Made by a program: the position numbers and the translations under genes. From Mycolicibacterium smegmatis (GTDB lineage Bacteria; Actinomycetota; Actinomycetes; Mycobacteriales; Mycobacteriaceae), in assembly GCF_001457595.1 (NCBI RefSeq), contig NZ_LN831039.1:5970001-6002000 (forward strand): DNA of 32,000 bases, written 5' to 3'. The notes below the pieces were generated by a model. That model ran no database searches and had not been told where the DNA came from. It saw only the letters and a program-made list of their open reading frames with translations. Below are positions 26,116-32,000 of the stretch, piece after piece (within the stretch, counting starts at the first letter, position 1; each line of letters begins with the position of its first letter).

Positions 26116-26164
26116 GGATACTCCTGATCGAACGAAATGGTGAAGCTTTGGGACGCAGCGGGAT

Positions 26165-27064
26165 TCACGCCGACGGTGAGGATTCCAGCAGGTCGTCGGG
26201 CACGGTGTCGTAAGCCCCGGCGGGCATGATGAGTTCGGGGGCGCCGAGCGCCGAGCGCGGCGCGAGGCCAAACGCCTGCACCGACTGGCAGTACTTCGAG
26301 ACGCGGATGACGGACATGTCGACACGGGCCAGCAGGTCGGTGATCCAGTACGGCACCCGCTCGTTGGCCTTGACCTCGACGATGGCCAGCTTGGGCGGGA
26401 TGATGAAGCGGTTCTGCGCACCCGAGGCGAAATGGAAGTCGCGGTCGCGGCCGTGCACCTTGTGGTCGATCGTGACGCGCAGACCCAGGTCGGCATCCCG
26501 GCCGACGAACGCCTCGCGCAGGTAACCCGTGGTGACGATGGGCCGCAGGTCGAGATTCTCCACGAGCGTCGTCACCTCGTTGACGAACGGCTTCTGCGAC
26601 GCGTCGCAGTCGATCTCCTTGCGGTGGTCGAGCCACTGCACGGCGGTCGCGTACGGCAGTTCCGTGCGCCGCTTCTGGGTGACGCGGTTGACGCGCTGTT
26701 TGATCTCGATCTGCACCGGGGTGTCGTCGGTGCAGGCCGACGGCGCGCCGTAGAGCCGCATCCGCAGCTTGCGGCGGAACCGCAGGCCCTCGATCTTCTC
26801 CCAGTAGAACCGCAGATCGGGCGTGTCGTAGTACAGCGAGGTCACCGGGTAGCCGCCGTGCGGCGAATACGGGTCGGTGTCCATGTGCGCGGCGAGTTCG
26901 TCGCGCAGTTCGGGGACCCGCAACTCGTCGACGAAGTACTTGATCTCGTAGCGGTTGAAGGCGTGCATCCTGCTGGCGGTCTGCGCATAGCCGCTCGGTT
27001 GCGTTGGCACGTCCTCGTAGGTCGCCGACGGGGTGTGTACGCGCCTGCGAAACCGGCCGAACAC
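26165..27064 (-). CDS. VTC-domain (Vtc4-like polyphosphate polymerase / triphosphate-tunnel) protein
   Basis: ORF 26165..27064, 299 aa. NRYEIKYFV (ExK beta-1 motif), RFRRKLRMRLY, VQIEIKQR and AIVEVKANE, typical of the tunnel fold. GTG start with a GGAAAGG SD 9 nt upstream; start uncertain. Confidence 0.75.
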   Translation of the reverse strand: MFGRFRRRVHTPSATYEDVPTQPSGYAQTASRMHAFNRYEIKYFVDELRVPELRDELAAHMDTDPYSPHGGYPVTSLYYDTPDLRFYWEKIEGLRFRRKLRMRLYGAPSACTDDTPVQIEIKQRVNRVTQKRRTELPYATAVQWLDHRKEIDCDASQKPFVNEVTTLVENLDLRPIVTTGYLREAFVGRDADLGLRVTIDHKVHGRDRDFHFASGAQNRFIIPPKLAIVEVKANERVPYWITDLLARVDMSVIRVSKYCQSVQAFGLAPRSALGAPELIMPAGAYDTVPDDLLESSPSA

Positions 27065-27170
27065 GCGCCACCGCCTTTCCAGTCTCCAGCACCACCTTGA
27101 CGTTCTCCGCGCTCAGCTAATCGCGCGAAGCTATGCGTCCGCTGTGCGGAAGATGGTTAACAGCTATCAA

Positions 27171-27176
27171 ATTATA
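27171..27176 (-). promoter_or_regulatory. Candidate -10 hexamer TATAAT (minus strand) for the VTC/DUF4956/CotH operon
   Basis: Perfect TATAAT in the only AT-rich intergenic tract of the window, about 100 nt upstream of the VTC start. No convincing -35. Confidence 0.35.
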
Positions 27177-27220
27177 GGTAACTGTCTGGGGTGACCTTCA
27201 CCACGCACCGAAAACCCAGG

Positions 27221-28363
27221 TCAGAGCCCAGTGAAGCGCTCTTTGACGGCTTCGGAGGTCAAACCGTAATCGGCCAGCGAGTAGGTGTGTTTGGGTGCAC
27301 GCGGCCCGCGCCGGCTCGCCTCGTACACCTCGGTGACCGCCGCGCGCGCGGCGTCGGTGTAGGGCATGCCGAAGTGCCGGTACACGCTTTCGACGGTCGC
27401 GAGCGGATCGGCGACGAAGTCGTCGTAGTCCACGTCGAGGAACTGGGCCGGGTCGTGCTTGGCGCGTTCTGCGGTGAACGCCTCGAGCCCGCGGGCCCAC
27501 GTGTCCATGGCGTCGGCGCCGATCTGGGCGCCGACGAACGTGTTGGACCACGCGGCGGTGGTGTGTGCCGACAACGAGCACATCGAGGCCATGATGGTCT
27601 CGGCCGGGCGATGGCACTGGATGACCAGCGCGTCGGGGTAGGTCGCGAACAGCGCGTCGAGCGCGAACAGATGGCTGGGGTTCTTGAGCACCCAGCGCTT
27701 CTCGGCGTCGTTGAGCCCGATGAGCTGCAGGTTGCGGCGGTGCCGCTGATACGGCCTGGTCCAGTCCTGCTGCGCGAGCCAGTTGGCGTAGGTGGGCAGA
27801 TGCGCGAGGGTCTCGTAGGACACCGAGTGCAGCGACTGGCGCAGCAGCTGCCAGCACTCCTCCACCTCGTCGGCGGTCATGAAGTGCAGCCCCGTGTAAT
27901 CGGGGTTCTCCTGGTGGTGCTGTGAGAACGACGCGGCGAGCTGCTGGTAGACGGGATTGTCCGGCCAGGTCTCCCGTGGCGGGCGCGGCTGCGGGAACTC
28001 CGCCAGCCACATCTCCAACCCCTGGTGCGCCGGATCGGCGGTCAACAGCCGGTGCAGCACCGTGGTGCCGGTGCGCGGCAGCCCGGTGACGAAGATCGGC
28101 CGCTCGATCTCGACGTCGGCGTACTGCGGATTCGCCTTCCACGACGCCTCGCTGAGCAACCGCGCCACGAGCGCGTTGCGCAGGAAGAACCGCGACATCT
28201 TGCTGCCCAGCTCGGTGAGGTCGGCGTCGCGCTGATACGACTCCAGCAGCACACCGAGGGCCTCGCGGTAGTTGTCGTCGTCGGTCCCGAAGTCGTCGAG
28301 GCCCGTGGCCTTGGTGGCCGACGCATGCAGATCCTCGACGGTACCCACGTCAGTACGCGTCAT
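27221..28363 (-). CDS. stf1: PAPS-dependent sulfotransferase family protein (Rv3529c-like)
   Basis: ORF 27221..28363, 380 aa. 5'-PSB loop FVTGLPRTGTTVLHRLL. Synteny with Rv3529c, remembered as stf1. ATGA overlap with the upstream SDR gene. Confidence 0.8.
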   Translation of the reverse strand: MTRTDVGTVEDLHASATKATGLDDFGTDDDNYREALGVLLESYQRDADLTELGSKMSRFFLRNALVARLLSEASWKANPQYADVEIERPIFVTGLPRTGTTVLHRLLTADPAHQGLEMWLAEFPQPRPPRETWPDNPVYQQLAASFSQHHQENPDYTGLHFMTADEVEECWQLLRQSLHSVSYETLAHLPTYANWLAQQDWTRPYQRHRRNLQLIGLNDAEKRWVLKNPSHLFALDALFATYPDALVIQCHRPAETIMASMCSLSAHTTAAWSNTFVGAQIGADAMDTWARGLEAFTAERAKHDPAQFLDVDYDDFVADPLATVESVYRHFGMPYTDAARAAVTEVYEASRRGPRAPKHTYSLADYGLTSEAVKERFTGL

Positions 28364-29142
28364 GCCTTGTACTCCCCACAGTTCACATCCAGCGCCTGCC
28401 CGGTGATGCCGCTGGCCAGATCGGACGCCATGAACAGGATCGCCGAGGCCACCTCGTCCTCGGTCGGCAGCCGCTTGAGGTCGGATCCCGCGGCGGCCGC
28501 GTTGTAGATGTCCTCGACGCTGGTCCCGTACTTGCCGGCCTGATGTTCGAAGTAGCTCTTGAGTGTTCCGCCCCAGATGTAGCCGGGCAGCACAGAATTC
28601 ACCCGGATGCCCTTCTCACCGAGCTCGGTGGCCAGCGTCTGCGACATCGCCAGCAACGCAGACTTCGCCATCTTGTAGGCGCCGTACTTTGCCTGCGAGT
28701 GCCGCACCACCATCGAATTCACGTTCACCACAGCACCTTTGGACTCTTCCAGCGCCGGCGTGAAGCCCTGGATGAGCCGCAGCGCGCCGAACACCGTGAG
28801 CTCGATGGCGTCGCGCATGTGCTCGAAGGTCGTGTTGGCGAACGGTTTCATCGAGGGCACCCGGAAGGCGTTGTTGATCACCACGTCCACGCGGCCGTAT
28901 GCCTTCATGGTCTCGTCGACGAGGTGGGCCACCTGCGCGTCGTCGGTGATGTCGGTGCCGACCGACAGTGCGCGCCTGCCGGTGTCGGTGACCTGCTTGG
29001 CGACGTCTTCGAGGCGTTCGACGGTGCGGGCCGCGAGCACCAGATCGGCGCCCTGCTCGGCGCACCGCCGCGCGAGCGTGGTGCCCAGCGCGGGGCCGAC
29101 GCCGCTTATGACCACAACTTTGTCGGTCAGGAGTCCACCCAT
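28360..29142 (-). CDS. Short-chain dehydrogenase/reductase (Rv3530c-like)
   Basis: Track ORF 28360..29679, trimmed to ATG 29142 (MGGLLTDKVVVISGVGPALGTTLARR...NNAF...YGAYKMAK). Confidence 0.85.
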   Translation of the reverse strand: MGGLLTDKVVVISGVGPALGTTLARRCAEQGADLVLAARTVERLEDVAKQVTDTGRRALSVGTDITDDAQVAHLVDETMKAYGRVDVVINNAFRVPSMKPFANTTFEHMRDAIELTVFGALRLIQGFTPALEESKGAVVNVNSMVVRHSQAKYGAYKMAKSALLAMSQTLATELGEKGIRVNSVLPGYIWGGTLKSYFEHQAGKYGTSVEDIYNAAAAGSDLKRLPTEDEVASAILFMASDLASGITGQALDVNCGEYKA

Positions 29143-29144
29143 TG

Positions 29145-30272
29145 TCAGCCCACCATCCTGTTCTGAATCTGTTGTTGGCGCAGCGCGATCCGGGCCCGCC
29201 AGTCCGCCTCGGAGATCTTGTTGGACTCGTGGTACGGCAACTTCTCGGGTACCTGGTCGATGTCGACGACCTCGACCGTCGGCCCGTCGGCCTCGGTGAG
29301 CGCGCGTGACAGTCGCTGCCAGCGGAACTGCAGGTAACCCTTGCGATGGCCGAGCGTCTCGCACCAGTTGGTGACGCCGGGGTTGGCGTCGGACACGACG
29401 ATGCGGATCTTGCCGTCCGGATCTTCCTGCGCCTGAGTGCCGTTGAGTGAGGTCTGGTGGTTGATGTAGTCCAGCGAGATGTACCAGAGGCTGCCGAGCT
29501 GGAAACCGAGGTACGGCGCATCGGTCACCGGAAGCGTGATGACCATGGCCTGGTCGGGCCGTAGGTCGAAATGCCCGACCGACGAGTACTGCGTTGCCAG
29601 GCCACCCGGCGTGAGCCGTGGCGCGACCATGGTGTTGACCGGCAGGTTGTTGTAGAACCACTGCGGGAACTGCAGCCACGTCTTGACCCGTTGCACCAGT
29701 TGCTTACCCGCGACCGCGTACCGCTTCTCGATGAGCTCCTTGGTCAGCGGCGCCGGGGCGGTGCCCGCGGTGTCGGTGCGCGCTATGGCCAGGTGGCCGC
29801 GCTGCGCGGACCAGTCGTTGTAGACCTCGCGGATCACCAGTTGCGACGGACTCGTCGGGGTGATGCGCCATTCGAACGTGCCGTCCTCGGCGATGTCGAG
29901 TTCGCGGTCGTCGAACGCGGCCTGGCTCGCGGGCACGTTGTCGTCGGTGTACTCCCCACCCAGCACCTGGAAGCTCAGATCCGTGGTGGTGCCGCGCTTC
30001 CCGGTGACGACGTACTCGTGCCCGGGCAGCACGCGTGTGCCGAAGTACAGCGTGTCGGGGTTGTCGAGGCCCATCTTGGTGAACGGACCGGTTCCCGACT
30101 GGAGGAACGGGTGGTCGCGGTCGTAGTCGAACGCGAGGTGCAGGCATCCCGAGACACAGCCCGCGAGGTACTGCAGACCTTCGGTCAGATCGGCCTCGGA
30201 TGCGATGAACGGGGCGGCGGCCACGAGGCGTTCGGCCTCGGCGATGGCGTCCACCAACGGCTGTGAGTACAT
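29145..30272 (-). CDS. DUF1214-like conserved hypothetical protein (Rv3531c-like)
   Basis: ORF 29145..30272, 375 aa. Its stop lies 2 nt upstream of the SDR start. A KstR operator lies upstream. Confidence 0.8.
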   Translation of the reverse strand: MYSQPLVDAIAEAERLVAAAPFIASEADLTEGLQYLAGCVSGCLHLAFDYDRDHPFLQSGTGPFTKMGLDNPDTLYFGTRVLPGHEYVVTGKRGTTTDLSFQVLGGEYTDDNVPASQAAFDDRELDIAEDGTFEWRITPTSPSQLVIREVYNDWSAQRGHLAIARTDTAGTAPAPLTKELIEKRYAVAGKQLVQRVKTWLQFPQWFYNNLPVNTMVAPRLTPGGLATQYSSVGHFDLRPDQAMVITLPVTDAPYLGFQLGSLWYISLDYINHQTSLNGTQAQEDPDGKIRIVVSDANPGVTNWCETLGHRKGYLQFRWQRLSRALTEADGPTVEVVDIDQVPEKLPYHESNKISEADWRARIALRQQQIQNRMVG

Positions 30273-30331
30273 CGGCGTCCGTTCTCTCGGTTCAATATTG
30301 AACCATCATGGTAGAGTTTCCGACCTGACAC

Positions 30332-30345
30332 TAGAACGCGTTCTA
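30332..30345. promoter_or_regulatory. KstR operator, perfect palindrome TAGAACGCGTTCTA
   Basis: Same 14-mer as 17003..17016. Lies between the divergent DUF1214 operon and the IclR gene. Confidence 0.85.
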
Positions 30346-30371
30346 ATTCGCGTCAACATTCGGGAGGACTC

Positions 30372-31283
30372 ATGACCGAGGCTGCGGAGTCGGCCGGCCG
30401 TGCGTCGCCGCCAACTGCGCGTGTCGTGGCGATCCTGGATTTCCTGGCCCGTCACCCGCATGACCGGTTCGGTTTGTCGGAACTGTCACGGCGGGTCGGG
30501 GTGAGCAAGCCGACCTGCCTGGGCATCCTCACCACTTTGACCGAATCGAGTTATCTGGTGCGCGAGGGCGACGGGCGGGACAAGTGCTACCGCCTGGGGC
30601 CCGCGTTGATCGCGCTGGGCCACATGGCGCAGGAATCGATGCGCGTGAACCCGTCCGCTCGCGCCGAACTGCGCGCCCTGTCAGGGGCTTTCGACAGCAC
30701 CGCGGCCATCTCGGCGGTGATCGACGACCGCATCACGGTGCTGGAACTCGTGGCCCCGCCCGGCACCGACGTCGGGGTGCGCGTCGGGCAGAGTTATCCG
30801 TTCGCCCCTCCGGTTGGCCTCATGTACGTGCTGTGGGACGACGACGCCCTGCGGGCGTGGCTGGACAAGTCCCCCACGGTGCCGCTGCGCACCGATTCCG
30901 AGCGGTTGGAGAAGGTCATCGGCGAGTGCCGCAACTCGGGCTACCTGGTGGAACGGCTCACCCCAGCCGGTCAGCGGCTGTACGGGCTGATGGCGGGCAT
31001 GTCCAGCCGGTTGCCCGACGAGTTGCAGGCACTGCTACGGGAACTCGTGTCCGACATCGGTGAGCGTGTGCATCTGCGCAGCGAGGCCACCGGTCGGCAG
31101 CGCCACGACGTCAGCGTCATCTCTGCGCCGGTCCACGACCACCACCAGCGGCAGGTCATGGTGGTGTCACTGCACGTGGGCCGCGCGCTCACCGATTCGG
31201 AGATCACCAAACGGGCCCGCGGCGTGGTCGAGGCCGCCGACGCGGTCACCGCGCAGTTGGGCGGCGTGAAACCCACGCGTTGA
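30372..31283 (+). CDS. IclR-family transcriptional regulator
   Basis: ORF 30372..31283, 303 aa. N-terminal wHTH (ARVVAILDFLARHPHDRFGLSELSRRVGVSKPTCLGIL) followed by an IclR effector-domain-like C-terminus. Confidence 0.8.
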   Translation: MTEAAESAGRASPPTARVVAILDFLARHPHDRFGLSELSRRVGVSKPTCLGILTTLTESSYLVREGDGRDKCYRLGPALIALGHMAQESMRVNPSARAELRALSGAFDSTAAISAVIDDRITVLELVAPPGTDVGVRVGQSYPFAPPVGLMYVLWDDDALRAWLDKSPTVPLRTDSERLEKVIGECRNSGYLVERLTPAGQRLYGLMAGMSSRLPDELQALLRELVSDIGERVHLRSEATGRQRHDVSVISAPVHDHHQRQVMVVSLHVGRALTDSEITKRARGVVEAADAVTAQLGGVKPTR

Positions 31284-31295
31284 CAACGACGTTCG

Positions 31296-31643
31296 TCAGA
31301 AGTTGCTACAGGTGTCGAACACCGTCTGCAGCAACCCGATGTAGGGCTGGTTGGGCGGGTATTCCACGATCGCCTTGGCCATGCGTTGACGCAGATCCCG
31401 TGGTGCGTCGATGAATTGGCGAAGCGTGGTCTGCATGTCCGGCGACGAGTTCAGCACCCCGCCGTACACCGGGCTCTGAGCGTTCAGCGCCGAGACGAAC
31501 TGTGGGTACGTACAGGTGGTGTTGACCGCCGAGTCGAGGTTGGGCTCGGCGTTAGCGACGCCGGTGCCTGCGGTCAGTCCGACAACCGTGGCGGCCACCA
31601 GCCCACCCGCGGCGACCGCCGCCTTCATCGGTGTTGATTTCAT
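31296..31643 (-). CDS. Secreted hemophore-related protein (Rv0203-like family)
   Basis: Track ORF 31296..31751, trimmed to ATG 31643 (MKSTPMKAAVAAGGLVAATVVGLTAGTGVANAEPNLDSAVNTTCTYPQFVSALNAQSP...), with a GGAGGTG SD. Has a signal peptide and conserved Cys near both ends. Confidence 0.65.
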   Translation of the reverse strand: MKSTPMKAAVAAGGLVAATVVGLTAGTGVANAEPNLDSAVNTTCTYPQFVSALNAQSPVYGGVLNSSPDMQTTLRQFIDAPRDLRQRMAKAIVEYPPNQPYIGLLQTVFDTCSNF

Positions 31644-31772
31644 GTCTGCACCTCCGATTGCCCGGACTTTACCCGCCCGGTCCGAGCCGTCCCGGCGATT
31701 CGAAGACGCTCGACGGCGACTTGGTTGCGAACGAAAAGACAAGGTGCGCAAGGGCCGGTGTGCGGGAGTTGC

Positions 31773-32000
31773 TCAGGTGGTGCTCGCCAGGACGAACGGC
31801 AGGACTGCCGGCACGCCCGCGTCCCGCAACACCCGTGCGGCCATCGTCAACGTCCAGCCCGAGTCCGTCATGTCGTCGACCAGCAGTACCGGCCCGTCGC
31901 AGTCGATCTGGGGACGTTCCCACGATCCTTCGAGTGCCGCGACGCGGTACGCGGAGTTCGCGGCCGTGACGGGACGTCGGGTCGGGGTGTAGCGCAGGAT
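31773..32000 (-). CDS. C-terminal phosphoribosyltransferase-like domain of a larger protein (possibly a RecQ-family helicase C-terminus); 5' part lies outside the window
   Basis: My own reverse translation: ILRYTPTRRPVTAANSAYRVAALEGSWERPQIDCDGPVLLVDDMTDSGWTLTMAARVLRDAGVPAVLPFVLASTT*. PRTase-type VLLVDDxxxSGxT motif. Not in the ORF track because it is truncated. Confidence 0.6.
   Translation of the reverse strand: MLRYTPTRRPVTAANSAYRVAALEGSWERPQIDCDGPVLLVDDMTDSGWTLTMAARVLRDAGVPAVLPFVLASTT

Noticed and set aside
27155-27187. Imperfect palindrome ACAGCTAT-caaatt-ATAGgtaaCTGT overlapping the TATAAT; possible operator
   Set aside because: The arms are only 4+4 nt with a 4-nt asymmetry. In an AT-rich tract this is easily chance, and it matches neither the KstR nor the KstR2 consensus.
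31284-31295. Looked for a terminator between the convergent IclR and hemophore genes
   Set aside because: Only 12 nt separate the stops, and only a trivial 4-bp palindrome (AACG-a-CGTT) is present, so there is no credible hairpin.

Overview
High-GC actinobacterial DNA. It looks like the cholesterol/steroid side-chain catabolic (KstR regulon) region of a Mycolicibacterium smegmatis-like genome, syntenic from memory with M. tuberculosis Rv3502c-Rv3531c. Core steroid genes recognised from their translations: hsd4A (partial), fdxD, fadE26, fadE27, fadD17, fadD19, echA19, cyp142, an Rv3519-like gene, an F420/LLM oxidoreductase, a double-DUF35 protein, ltp4, ltp3, kshA, an Rv3527-like gene, and a sulfotransferase/SDR/DUF1214 operon. 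Six copies of the KstR operator palindrome (TnnAACnnGTTnnA) sit in the divergent or upstream intergenic regions. Accessory material is interleaved with this core: (1) an epimerase/AraC/glyoxalase/gabD2-like/nitronate-monooxygenase block between fadD17 and fadD19. It is interrupted by an IS110-family element, for which I can fold by eye a two-loop bridge-RNA-like structure whose guide segments match both IS/flank junctions. (2) A secreted polyproline-(F/I)W repeat mini-protein and an AbiEi-like/DUF559 nuclease-fold gene bracketed by 50-nt palindromic units containing a 25-bp perfect inverted repeat. (3) A visibly more AT-rich, translationally coupled operon VTC (polyphosphate-polymerase-like) - DUF4956 membrane protein - membrane-anchored CotH kinase, a candidate uncharacterised polyP synthesis/export plus kinase system. 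No rRNA, tRNA or CRISPR array was seen. Many long ORFs in the six-frame track are antisense or out-of-frame artefacts of high GC content. All homology calls come from reading the translations and from memory, not from searches.
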